Shown here piece after piece: positions 9,308 to 20,753 of a stretch of 64,000 nucleotides of DNA. Numbering within the stretch: position 1 is the stretch's first letter; every line of letters starts with the position of its first letter. The stretch comes from Acidobacteriota bacterium. GTDB taxonomy: Bacteria > Acidobacteriota > UBA890 > WLXD01. Below the pieces are notes generated by a model. The model worked only from the letters and a program-made list of their open reading frames with translations. It was not told the origin of the DNA and searched no databases. The position numbers and the translations under genes were made by a program. The stretch covers positions 4,832,001-4,896,000 of the forward strand of contig CBDFKD010000002.1 of NCBI GenBank assembly GCA_965248695.1, read 5' to 3'.

Positions 9308-10915
9308 GTGGGGACGCGGACGCAGCGGTTCTACCTGACGACACCGATCTACTACGTCAACGACGTGCCGCATCTCGGGCATGCATACACCACCATTGCC
9401 GGCGACGCCATGGCGCGCTTCATGCGCCAGCGGGGCGTCGAGGTGTTCTTCCTGACCGGCACCGACGAGCACGGTCAGAAGGTGGCGCAGGCAGCCGCTC
9501 GCCGCGACATGTCGGAACAGGCGCACTGCGACGAGCTGCATCGCAACTTCAAGGAACTCTGGGAGCGGCTCGGGATCTCGCACGATGCCTTCATCCGGAC
9601 GACCGACCCCGAGCACAAGGAGCAGGTGCGCGACGCTCTGCAGCGGCTCTACGACGACGGGCAGATCTACGAGCAGGACTACGAGGGGTGGTACGACGTC
9701 ACCCAGGAGATGTTTGTCACCGACCCCGACGAGATCGAGCGGCTGCAACAGGACGGCCGCGTCGAGCGCGTGCGCGAGTCGAACTACTTCTTTCGCATGA
9801 GCGCATACCAGCGTGCCCTCGTCGCCGCGATCGAAGGTGGATCGCTAGAGATCCATCCGCACACACGCCGTAACGAGATCCTGGGGTTCTTGCGGCAACC
9901 ACTGGGTGATCTGTCGATCTCGCGCCCCAAGTCGCGGTTGGCCTGGGGCGTCGAGCTGCCCTTCGACACGGAACACGTTTGCTACGTCTGGGTCGATGCG
10001 CTGCTGAATTACTGCACCGCGTTGCGATACCTCAACCCGGGCACGCCTGTCGAAGCCGACTACGCGCCGTTATGGCCGGCGGACTACCACCTCATCGGCA
10101 AGGACATCCTGACAACCCATTCGGTGTACTGGACAACGTTGCTGATGGCACTCGACCTGCCGCTGCCGCGCAATATCTTCGCGCACGGCTGGTGGACCGT
10201 TGAGGGGCAGAAGATGTCCAAGAGCATCGGCAACGTCATTGATCCCAATCGACTCATCGACGAGTTCGGCGCCGACGCCTTGCGTTACTACGTCCTCCGC
10301 CAGATGCCGTTCGGGCAAGATGGTGACTTCGCCGCCGCGGCGCTCGTGGAGCGCATCAACTCCGATCTGGCCAACGACCTCGGCAACCTCGCCTCACGGG
10401 TCTTGAATCTCGTGGAGAGCGACGGCGGAGCGTTCGTGGCCGATCCGAAGCACACTCCGGCGACGGAGGAGTTGCTCCGACGCTTCGAAGGCTCGGTGCC
10501 GAAGTACGAGCAGGAGTTCAGCGATTTCGGCTTCGCTGCGGCCTTGAGAACAGCCTGGGAAACGGTGCGTGCCGCCAACAAGCTGGTGCAAGAGACCGAG
10601 CCCTGGCAACTACGAAAGCAGAGGGACACGACGCCAGCGGACGGTGATCACTTCGATGCCGTGATGTTCGCGTGTGGCAGCGTATTGAAGAGCCTTGCCG
10701 CGCTGCTGTCGCCCGTTATGCCGGACACGATGGGCCGCCTCTGGGCGTCGCTTGGTGAGACCACCGAGCTCGACGAGTTCCGCTACCCGGGCTCCGAACG
10801 GCTCCTGCTCGTCGGGGGCCGGGGTGCCAGCGTTCGCCGGGGCGAGATGCTGTTTCCGCGCATCGACGCGAAGCGCGTACGCAGCTTCGCGGAGCGCGCC
10901 GCGGAGATCGACTGA
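9308..10915 (+). CDS. metG: Methionine--tRNA ligase (short form, no C-terminal tRNA-binding domain)
   Basis: FYLTTPIYYVN, HLGH, GTDEHGQK, YVWVDAL, KMSKS; GTG 9308 with GGAG upstream (ORF is open from 9248). Confidence 0.95.
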   Translation: MGTRTQRFYLTTPIYYVNDVPHLGHAYTTIAGDAMARFMRQRGVEVFFLTGTDEHGQKVAQAAARRDMSEQAHCDELHRNFKELWERLGISHDAFIRTTDPEHKEQVRDALQRLYDDGQIYEQDYEGWYDVTQEMFVTDPDEIERLQQDGRVERVRESNYFFRMSAYQRALVAAIEGGSLEIHPHTRRNEILGFLRQPLGDLSISRPKSRLAWGVELPFDTEHVCYVWVDALLNYCTALRYLNPGTPVEADYAPLWPADYHLIGKDILTTHSVYWTTLLMALDLPLPRNIFAHGWWTVEGQKMSKSIGNVIDPNRLIDEFGADALRYYVLRQMPFGQDGDFAAAALVERINSDLANDLGNLASRVLNLVESDGGAFVADPKHTPATEELLRRFEGSVPKYEQEFSDFGFAAALRTAWETVRAANKLVQETEPWQLRKQRDTTPADGDHFDAVMFACGSVLKSLAALLSPVMPDTMGRLWASLGETTELDEFRYPGSERLLLVGGRGASVRRGEMLFPRIDAKRVRSFAERAAEID

Positions 10916-10922
10916 GCTCCGC

Positions 10923-11669
10923 TCAGCCCCTCACTGCCGCGACGTGCAGGCTCTGGTCGACGTGGGCCGCTCGTCGATGCGCACGGTCGACCGATTCCTC
11001 CAGCGACCGTCCGAGTGCCAGCAGGGCCGCAAGCGCGCCCGCCGCCGTCGCAGCAGCCGCGGGACCGACCGGCTGTGGGTAGTCCAGCACCGCCGTGCGC
11101 TCGCCGTAGGCGACAAAGTCCACCGCGCGCGCGCCGTCGAGGTTGCCGCGTACCCAGGCGGCATAGGCACCGGCGTCGAGGAGCTGTTGCGCCAGGATCG
11201 CCTGGTCGTCAGTGTTCGGGCCGCCGAGCAAGAAGCTGATCTCCGGCGCCGGTAACAGCGCCACCGTCGTCTCGGGTAGAAGACTGGACACCTGTGCTTT
11301 GCGGTTCGCCGCACCTAGCGTGCTGGCCAGACCTGCGCCGGAGGCTGCCACCGGGGCGTAAACCAGGGTCTCGGGAAGCGTCCGCGCAAGACTCTGCGCT
11401 ACTGCGCGCGCCTGCCAGTAGCTCGGCAACAGGCCGATGAGCATCCCGTCGACGCGGCGACGGAATGCCTCGTCGAGCACCCGCTGCAGCGCCCTTGCCG
11501 GTATCGGATGGACGCGCGACGGCTTGCCGTCTGTTCTTTCGAGCACTCCGGTCGTGACCGGCAGAATCTCGTCCACGCCTTCGGCCGCCGCCGCATGTGC
11601 CGCGATCGATAGCCCAGTCTGACCGCGCGGGTCGAGGGCGTCGAGAACCAGGAGACGGGTCACCATCAA
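10923..11669 (-). CDS. Divergent ThiD/phosphomethylpyrimidine-kinase-like protein
   Basis: LLVLDALDPRGQTG aligns by eye with ThiD LTIAGSDPSGGAG; C-terminal LAALLALGRSLEESVDRA matches the ThiD terminal helix; catalytic HGTGC is absent. Confidence 0.6.
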   Translation of the reverse strand: MMVTRLLVLDALDPRGQTGLSIAAHAAAAEGVDEILPVTTGVLERTDGKPSRVHPIPARALQRVLDEAFRRRVDGMLIGLLPSYWQARAVAQSLARTLPETLVYAPVAASGAGLASTLGAANRKAQVSSLLPETTVALLPAPEISFLLGGPNTDDQAILAQQLLDAGAYAAWVRGNLDGARAVDFVAYGERTAVLDYPQPVGPAAAATAAGALAALLALGRSLEESVDRAHRRAAHVDQSLHVAAVRG

Positions 11670-11771
11670 GGAGGCTCGTTACAGGGATTCATCAGGTGGA
11701 GGCGGCGCAAGCAGTCGACGCCGGGAAGGTCACCACCGGTCAGGAGTGCCGGAGGCCCGCCAACGTGTCGC

Positions 11772-11782
11772 GCTATGATAGC
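11772..11782. promoter_or_regulatory. Palindromic overlapping -10-like elements (possible bidirectional promoter) between the ThiD-like gene and lolA
   Basis: GCTATGATAGC gives TATGAT on + and TG-C-TATCAT on -; lies between divergent genes. Confidence 0.4.
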
Positions 11783-11855
11783 AGCAGGGGCGAAACGGAG
11801 ACGTTCTTCAGCGACCTGCGACGGATGGCCTGCCGGTGGGCAGGTTGGAGGGCCA

Positions 11856-12575
11856 GTGAGATCGCCGATGCCTCGAAGCGTGCGGCTGCTGACGATCGTC
11901 GGCATCGTGCTCACGAGTGCCGCACATGCAGGTGCGTCAGCTCCGATCGCGCCGCCGCGTGCGAGCGCGCAGGAACGTTCGGAGCTTCCACTCGAACGCT
12001 TGCTGCGCCGGGTTCAGGAGCGCTATCGAGGGCTGCAGGACCTTCGAGCCCGATTCCGACAAATCAGCATCGCGCGACCGGGAATGCCGGCCCGCGAGGC
12101 GATGGGAACCTGGTTCGCGCGGCCACCGGGGCGGATACGGGTGGAGTACGACGCCACCGGGCGGGTGCTGGTTGCCGATGGCGAGGCGCTGTACTGGTAC
12201 CTTCCGGAGGACCGACAAGTTCAGATCCGGCCGCAGGACTCACTCGCCTCCAGCCAGACGCCGATGCTGTACTTGACCGGTGGAGGGGACCTCGTGAGCG
12301 ACTTCACCGTGGCCGGGATTGACTGGGACGAGAAGGTTGCTCCGGGCAACGTGCAGCTGCGTCTGGATCCGTTGATCGCGGACAGCTGGTACACCCACCT
12401 GATCCTGGAGGTCGAACCGGACACCGCGCTCATCGCTCGACTGGTATCGTTCGGCCTTCTCGGAGAGTCATCCGAGTTTCGTTTTCTCGAGGTCGAGACC
12501 GACGTGGGTTTGGCCGACGAGCTGTTCCAGTTCACCATTCCTGCAAATGCCGACGTCGAGCACCTCGGTAGCTGA
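11856..12575 (+). CDS. lolA: Outer-membrane lipoprotein carrier protein LolA
   Basis: Signal peptide; LRARFRQ, GTWFARPPGRIRVEY, VLVADGEALYWYLPEDRQV, FQFTIPANADV; start GTG 11856 or ATG 11868. Confidence 0.85.
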   Translation: MRSPMPRSVRLLTIVGIVLTSAAHAGASAPIAPPRASAQERSELPLERLLRRVQERYRGLQDLRARFRQISIARPGMPAREAMGTWFARPPGRIRVEYDATGRVLVADGEALYWYLPEDRQVQIRPQDSLASSQTPMLYLTGGGDLVSDFTVAGIDWDEKVAPGNVQLRLDPLIADSWYTHLILEVEPDTALIARLVSFGLLGESSEFRFLEVETDVGLADELFQFTIPANADVEHLGS

Positions 12576-12594
12576 GACACCCCCACCCACAGAG

Positions 12595-13590
12595 ATGCAA
12601 AGCGACAGCCACCCGGTCACACAGATCGCCGCCTTTCACCTAGCGAAAGATCGGCTCGAGCTCGTTGAGCGCGACATCGCCGCGCTGCGCGACTCCGACA
12701 TTCCACTGGTGCGCGACATTGCTACGTACCTGCTCGGCAACGGTGGCAAGCGCGTTCGACCGGCGATGGTGGCGTTGTGTGCTCAGGCGTGTGGATATCG
12801 CGGCAATGGGGATGTGGATTTGGGCGTGATCGTCGAGTGCATCCACACCGCTTCGCTGGTCCACGACGATATTGTCGACGGCGCTAAGGTGAGGCGGGGG
12901 CAGGAACCCGCCAATCGAGTATGGGGCAATCAGTTGGCCGTTCTGTTCGGCGATTTCCTCTACGCCAAATCGCTGGCGATGAGCGTAGCGCTCGGTAAGC
13001 TGCGCCTCGTCGAGGTGCTGACCGACGCCACCTCCCGCCTGGTTGAAGGCGAGATGCTCGATGTGATCCACAACGGTCATGCCGATCTGACGGTCGACGC
13101 CTACATGGATATCATCGATCGGAAGACCGCTTCGCTGTTTGCCGGCTGTGCGCAGGCCGCCGCGGTGCTGGCCGATTCGCCACCGGAACAGGAGGCGGCA
13201 CTTGCCGGCTACGGCCACGATGTCGGCCTGGCGTTTCAGCTTGTCGATGACTTGCTCGACTACGACGCCGATGCAGTCCGACTCGGCAAAGAGCCCGGTA
13301 CGGATCTCCGAGAGGGCAAGATGACTTATCCGCTCATCCACTTGCTGCGGGAAGGCGACGAGTCGGTGCGCAGCCTGGCGATCTCGTGTCTGGGCGACCC
13401 CGATCGCGTCGCGAGTGGTCTTGCCGAAGTGGTCGAGGGGATGCGATCCGCCGGCAGCCTGGACGCCACGTTGCACACCGCGCAGCGGTACGCCGAGCAG
13501 GCGCGCACCGCCCTTTCCGTATTGCCGCCGAGTGAAGCGCGAGACGCGCTCGCCGAGCTCCCCGACTTCATTGTTCTTCGGCGGCACTAG
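12595..13590 (+). CDS. Polyprenyl diphosphate synthase (IspB/HepT family)
   Basis: GGKRVRP, HTASLVHDDIVD (FARM), KTASLF, FQLVDDLLD (SARM), DLREGKMT. Confidence 0.92.
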   Translation: MQSDSHPVTQIAAFHLAKDRLELVERDIAALRDSDIPLVRDIATYLLGNGGKRVRPAMVALCAQACGYRGNGDVDLGVIVECIHTASLVHDDIVDGAKVRRGQEPANRVWGNQLAVLFGDFLYAKSLAMSVALGKLRLVEVLTDATSRLVEGEMLDVIHNGHADLTVDAYMDIIDRKTASLFAGCAQAAAVLADSPPEQEAALAGYGHDVGLAFQLVDDLLDYDADAVRLGKEPGTDLREGKMTYPLIHLLREGDESVRSLAISCLGDPDRVASGLAEVVEGMRSAGSLDATLHTAQRYAEQARTALSVLPPSEARDALAELPDFIVLRRH

Positions 13591-13606
13591 CGGGCCTCGC
13601 TCGGCG

Positions 13607-14395
13607 GTGCGCCGGCCGGCGCCGGGCCATCGGACGGTCGCATCTCTGCTGCTGACGGCGATTGCCGGGTGCGGGGGTGGCGCGGCGGGTCCAACGGCAA
13701 CCCCGACCGCCTTGCCACCGGCGACAGATCTCACCGTTGAGGCGTTGGCGGAGATTACCAACGGGTTTCGCGCTCGTTTGCTGCGCATCCACACGGATAT
13801 CGAGGCCTGTCACCGAGACCGTTGCGCCGGTCTGCGAGGGACGTTGTTGGTGGCGCGGAGTGGCGCGCTGGCGGCGCACTTGGCCGACGGCGGGGACAGC
13901 GTGGAGATCGCCAGCGACGGTCGTCGACTGGCGCTGCGAGTGGGGGACACTAGCGAGCCCGAGGTGCACGACGCCCTCGACTTGCCACCAGGGGCTCCTT
14001 CGCGGCCGTATCTCGCGTTGGCCCCGCTCGATCTTGCCGACGCGCTGTTGCCGCGAATCGTCGCGTCGGCAGCGGTCGATTCGGGATCAGCGGTCCTCGA
14101 GCGACGTCCCGGCGAGGTGATCCTGATGTTGCTGGCGACCGGCTCTCCGCGGTTGGTCCGACGGATCGTCTTCGACCCGGTAGCCCACGAGATTCGACGC
14201 ATCGAGCGCTTCGATGTAGGCGGCTCGTTACGTCTGGTCATCACCTACGGGGGCTGGGATCCACGACGCGGCCCGCCGGGCGGGCCCGTCAGGCTCACAT
14301 GGCCGCAGCGCGACGCCTCCCTCGACCTGGCGATTCGCTCCGTCGAGATCGAGCCTCCGGTCGATCAGACGTCGTTCCGGCTGCGAACTCCGTAG
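13607..14395 (+). CDS. Hypothetical lipoprotein, possibly LolA/LolB-like fold
   Basis: GTG 13607, basic N-region, LLLTAIAG-C lipobox; beta-rich C-terminus ending SVEIEPPVDQTSFRL. Confidence 0.6.
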   Translation: MRRPAPGHRTVASLLLTAIAGCGGGAAGPTATPTALPPATDLTVEALAEITNGFRARLLRIHTDIEACHRDRCAGLRGTLLVARSGALAAHLADGGDSVEIASDGRRLALRVGDTSEPEVHDALDLPPGAPSRPYLALAPLDLADALLPRIVASAAVDSGSAVLERRPGEVILMLLATGSPRLVRRIVFDPVAHEIRRIERFDVGGSLRLVITYGGWDPRRGPPGGPVRLTWPQRDASLDLAIRSVEIEPPVDQTSFRLRTP

Positions 14396-14401
14396 CGCTT
14401 G

Positions 14402-14418
14402 CTGCTACAGGCCACTAG
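14402..14418 (+). repeat. CTAG-ended repeat copy
   Basis: CTGCTACAGGCCACTAG is the exact reverse complement of the first 17 bp of the 51272 element; its CTA is the stop of the 14415-15152 gene. Confidence 0.85.
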
Positions 14419-15152
14419 AGTCCGGGGAGTTGTAGCAGCGCGGCGATGATGGCGGCGCAGACCAGGTCGTATTGCCACGATCCACGCGGCCAATTCAGGA
14501 AGATCCAGCGACCCAGAGAGCCCCAGACCTCGAGGCCTTGCGGAGCTTGTTCGTCTCCGGCGGTGCCTTGGTGTCGCTGGCGCAGAACCCGGTAGGCGTG
14601 CAGCAGACGTTGGACGGTGGTCAACCACGTCAGGAAGGCGAGCAGCGTCACCGCCTGCGCCAGTCGTCCGATGAACAGCCCGAGCATCAGCAGCACCAGG
14701 CGCTCGCCGCGCTCGGTGAACCCGACGCGACACTCGGGGATTACGTTCTCGGCGCGCGCGCGCGTATAGGAAACGCCCAACGAACCGCCCAGCGACACGG
14801 CGCTGAGCACCACGTAGAGGGGCTCGCCGAGCATATGAAAGTGGTAGACGACGCCGATGTGAACGAGCGTGTCGGAGGCTCGATCGACAACCGAGTCGAG
14901 CACGCCACCGAATTCGGAGGTGGTGCCATAGGCGCGCGCCACGGCTCCGTCGATGAGGTCGAGTGTGCCGCCGACCACGATCCATCCGGCAGCCGCGAAG
15001 GGTCGACCCTGGGCCAGGTTCCAGGCGGCGATCGTCATCGGAATCAGCGACGAGAGCGTCAGGACGTTCGGTGGTATCCCGACGCCTCCGATCACCGACG
15101 CGAGGGCGCCCTTGACCACCGTCCCGCCGCGTCCGAGTCCCTCGCTGATCAT
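14415..15152 (-). CDS. CDP-alcohol phosphatidyltransferase (PgsA/PI-phosphate synthase family)
   Basis: PPNVLT; DLIDGAVARAYGTTSEFGGVLDSVVDR CAP motif; VSYTRARAE; GFTERGER. Confidence 0.9.
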   Translation of the reverse strand: MISEGLGRGGTVVKGALASVIGGVGIPPNVLTLSSLIPMTIAAWNLAQGRPFAAAGWIVVGGTLDLIDGAVARAYGTTSEFGGVLDSVVDRASDTLVHIGVVYHFHMLGEPLYVVLSAVSLGGSLGVSYTRARAENVIPECRVGFTERGERLVLLMLGLFIGRLAQAVTLLAFLTWLTTVQRLLHAYRVLRQRHQGTAGDEQAPQGLEVWGSLGRWIFLNWPRGSWQYDLVCAAIIAALLQLPGL

Positions 15153-15322
15153 GTCATCCTAGTGCGCCGCGCGGATTGTCAGGCGGGCGGTTTCTCCGGA
15201 CCGACGCGGTGGTGGCGTCATCGTCGATCGTCCGTCGTCGGCGCTGCGAAGCGCGGCTACGATAGGCCGGTGCCCTGAAAGCTGTCAAGAACGGCCAGCT
15301 GGCCACGACGAGCAACGCTGAC

Positions 15323-16255
15323 ATGTCATCGGTAGTGATCATCGCCAACCCGACCGCAGGTGGTGGCCGAGCGGGCCGCGCCGTTGAGCGGCTACGCCCG
15401 CGCCTGAGCGAGTGGGCTCCCGGGTGTCAGCTGATCCTCACAACGGGCCGGGGGCACGCTGCGACGCTGGCCGAGCAGGCGCAACGCGAGGGGGCGGCAG
15501 TCGTGGTTGTTGCCGGCGGCGACGGCACGTTTCATGAAGCGGTCAACGGTTTGCTTGCCGTCGATGCCGGTCCGACGCCTGATCTTGCATGCTTGCCGTT
15601 GGGCACGGGCCGCGATCTGGCCAGGTCCTTCGACATCGCGGATCCGCTCGCTGTGCTCGACGTGCCCTTGGCGCGCCTCGAGCGCCGGCTGCTGGACGTC
15701 GGTGTCGCGCAGCTCATGGGCGGTCCCGAGGGTGGCGGCGAGCGCCCCGTAAAGGTCTATTTCGTCAACCATGTCAACGCTGGGCTGGGCGCGTGGACGG
15801 CGGCGCGCGTCAGCGGCTCGGCGGGGTTGCGCCGAGTGGGCAAGGCAGCGTACGTGCTGGCCGCCGCCCCCCGAGTCGTTGGCGGCGCGCGTACCGATTT
15901 CGCATGGGTCAGTGAATCGGGCCGCGGCCGTGGCCCGCTGCTCAACGTCTCGATCTGCAACGGGCCATCGTTCGGCGGCGGCATGCGCCCGTGTCCGAAC
16001 GCTCGGCATGACGACGGCTGGCTTCACATGGCGCTGATCGATGCCATCCCGGTTTCCAGGATCCCGCGCCTGATGTACAGGGCGGCGCGCGGCGTCGACC
16101 TCGTTGATCCCGCCATCTGCGTCGTTCGCGGGCGGTCCTTCAGGCTCGAGGGCAAAGCGCTCGTGGAGACTGACGGCGAAGTGTCGGGGCGACTACCTGG
16201 ACGCTTCTCGGTGTTGCCCGGAGCGTTGACGCTGCGAGTTCCACCGCCGGATTGA
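15323..16255 (+). CDS. Diacylglycerol/lipid kinase (YegS/DgkB family)
   Basis: IANPTAGGG, AGGDGTFHEAVNG, LPLGTGRD, NGPSFGGG, ETDGE. Confidence 0.88.
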   Translation: MSSVVIIANPTAGGGRAGRAVERLRPRLSEWAPGCQLILTTGRGHAATLAEQAQREGAAVVVVAGGDGTFHEAVNGLLAVDAGPTPDLACLPLGTGRDLARSFDIADPLAVLDVPLARLERRLLDVGVAQLMGGPEGGGERPVKVYFVNHVNAGLGAWTAARVSGSAGLRRVGKAAYVLAAAPRVVGGARTDFAWVSESGRGRGPLLNVSICNGPSFGGGMRPCPNARHDDGWLHMALIDAIPVSRIPRLMYRAARGVDLVDPAICVVRGRSFRLEGKALVETDGEVSGRLPGRFSVLPGALTLRVPPPD

Positions 16256-16332
16256 GAGGCCTGGGGCGGCGGTGTACCGTCGTTCCGACCCTAGTACTAG
16301 CGCCGCCACGTGACCGCACACCGGGAGAGGCT

Positions 16333-18823
<2,491 letters not shown>

Positions 18824-18829
18824 GCGCGC

Positions 18830-19657
18830 ATGGGCGCGGTGACGCTCGGCGATGGCGTGGTCTTCGGCGACGGTGAGCTCGGGCTGATCGCCGGTCCCTG
18901 CGTGATCGAGAGCCGGGACCACTGCCTCCGTATGGCCGAAGCCGTTGCCGAGATTAGCCGCCGGGCGCGGTTGCCGTGCGTGTTCAAGGCCTCCTACTAC
19001 AAGGCCAATCGCACGTCGGTGTCGACTTACCGTGGCCCCGGTGCTGACGAGGGGCTGCGCATTCTCGCGGACGTTCGCGACGCTGTCGGCCTGCCGGTCC
19101 TGACGGACGTGCACGAACCGGCGCAGGCAGCTGCTGCGGCGGAGTGTGTCGACGTCTTGCAGATTCCGGCCTTCCTGTGCCGCCAGACAGACCTGATTCT
19201 GGCGGCTGCCGCAACCGGCCGGCCGGTCAACCTGAAGAAGGGACAATTTCTGGCGCCGTGGGACATGGGTCAGGTGGTCGAGAAGGCGGCCTCTACCGGC
19301 AACGAAGCGTTGCTGGTCACCGAGCGCGGCACGTCGTTCGGCTACAACAATCTCGTCGTCGACTTCAAGGGCCTGCGTTTTCTCGCCGGATTCGGCTATC
19401 CGGTCGTGCTCGACGTTACCCATAGCCTGCAGCTGCCCGCCGGCCAGGGGGAAAGCACCGGCGGACAGCCCGAGTTCGCCGAGCCGCTCGCAGCCGCAGG
19501 TGTGGCTGCTGGAGTCGATGTCCTGTTCATCGAGGTGCACGACGATCCGCCCGCGGCGCTCAGCGACGCCAGCACCCAGCTGCCGCTAGAACGCCTCGAA
19601 CCGCTGATCGAGAAGCTCATCAGGATCCGAGCCGCGACTTCCGCCACGGCCGACTAA
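18830..19657 (+). CDS. kdsA: KDO-8-phosphate synthase
   Basis: IAGPCVIES, KANRTS, LTDVHE, QIPAFLCRQTD, KKGQF, TERG, FIEVH. Confidence 0.96.
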   Translation: MGAVTLGDGVVFGDGELGLIAGPCVIESRDHCLRMAEAVAEISRRARLPCVFKASYYKANRTSVSTYRGPGADEGLRILADVRDAVGLPVLTDVHEPAQAAAAAECVDVLQIPAFLCRQTDLILAAAATGRPVNLKKGQFLAPWDMGQVVEKAASTGNEALLVTERGTSFGYNNLVVDFKGLRFLAGFGYPVVLDVTHSLQLPAGQGESTGGQPEFAEPLAAAGVAAGVDVLFIEVHDDPPAALSDASTQLPLERLEPLIEKLIRIRAATSATAD

Positions 19658-19667
19658 GGCGAGGGAA

Positions 19668-20660
19668 ATGGCCGCCGAACGAACCGATACAGCTCGCCGC
19701 CGCGCCGGGTTGGAGATGGCGCGCGAGGTCCTGCAAACCGAGGCGCAGGCACTGCAGAAGCTCGCCGAGCGCCTCGACGAGGAAGCGCTGGGGCAGGCGT
19801 TGGATCGGCTGCGTGCCTGCGACGCCCGTATCGTCTGCTCGGGGATGGGCAAGTCGGGCATTATCGCCAGGAAGCTGGCCGCGACACTTGCCTCGACCGG
19901 GAGCCCGGCGTTCTTCCTGCACCCGGCCGAGGCTGGGCACGGCGACCTGGGCATGCTGGTCGACGGCGACGTGTTCTTCGCGCTCAGTCACAGTGGCGAC
20001 ACCGGCGAGATCGTTGCGTTGTTGCCGGCGATCCGGCGCTTGAAAGTGGAATTGATCGCCATGGTCGGCGATATCGATTCGACCATCGCGCGCGAGGCGG
20101 ACGTCGTCTTACACGTCGACGTCGATGTGGAGGCATGTCCACTAGGGCTCGCCCCGACCGCGTCGACCACTGCCGCTCTAGCGCTCGGCGACGCGTTGGC
20201 GATGGCCCTCCTGAAGGAGCGCGGGTTCGGGGCCGAGGAGTTCGCCCGCTTCCACCCGAAGGGATCTCTGGGGCGTCGACTGCTACGCGTGCGCACTGTG
20301 ATGCACACCGGTGATCAGGTGCCGCGCGTTGGTGAGACCGCTTCGCTTGCGGAGGCGATCGAGCAGATGACCGCCAAGGGTCTGGGGATGACGCTGGTAG
20401 AGTCGGTCGACGGTAAGTTCGCCGGCATCATCACCGATGGAGACATTCGCCGGCTCGCCCAGAGCGGTATCGACACCGACCAGTCGGCGCGCAGCTGCAT
20501 GACGCCAGATCCGGTGTTCGTCGCCGCCGACGCGCTGGCGACGGAGGCGTTGCGGTTGCTCGAGGAGAGCCGCATCACTGTGCTGATCGTCGATGATGGC
20601 GATCGACGCGCCCTCGGCGTCGTCCATCTGCACGATCTGTGGCGAACGCAGATGGTCTAA
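19668..20660 (+). CDS. kdsD: Arabinose-5-phosphate isomerase (KpsF/GutQ; SIS + CBS domains)
   Basis: GMGKSG, STGSPAFFLHPAEAGHGDLG, EACPLGLAPTAST, FHPKGSLG, TDGDIRR. Confidence 0.95.
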   Translation: MAAERTDTARRRAGLEMAREVLQTEAQALQKLAERLDEEALGQALDRLRACDARIVCSGMGKSGIIARKLAATLASTGSPAFFLHPAEAGHGDLGMLVDGDVFFALSHSGDTGEIVALLPAIRRLKVELIAMVGDIDSTIAREADVVLHVDVDVEACPLGLAPTASTTAALALGDALAMALLKERGFGAEEFARFHPKGSLGRRLLRVRTVMHTGDQVPRVGETASLAEAIEQMTAKGLGMTLVESVDGKFAGIITDGDIRRLAQSGIDTDQSARSCMTPDPVFVAADALATEALRLLEESRITVLIVDDGDRRALGVVHLHDLWRTQMV

Positions 20661-20740
20661 TCCCCTGTTACAGGCCACTAATGATCCCGCCGCGAGTCCT
20701 ATCTGCGGCCCTATCGATTCCCCTTGTTGCAGGCCACTAG
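20657..20740 (+). repeat. Two tandem copies of the CTAG-ended repeat between kdsD and kdsC
   Basis: TCCCCTGTTACAGGCCACTAA (20661-20681) and TCCCCTTGTTGCAGGCCACTAG (20719-20740). Confidence 0.85.
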
Positions 20741-20753
20741 AAGGCTGCGAGAA

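Noticed and set aside
11670-11770. TPP riboswitch or hammerhead ribozyme upstream of the ThiD-like gene
   Set aside because: ACCTGATGA is present on the minus strand, but the TPP CTGAGA element and the hammerhead GAAA core are missing.
20661-20740. Two ~21-bp direct repeats with a ~37-bp spacer, resembling a mini CRISPR array
   Set aside because: Only two imperfect units, no cas genes or leader, and the unit is the dispersed CTAG-ended TIR motif.
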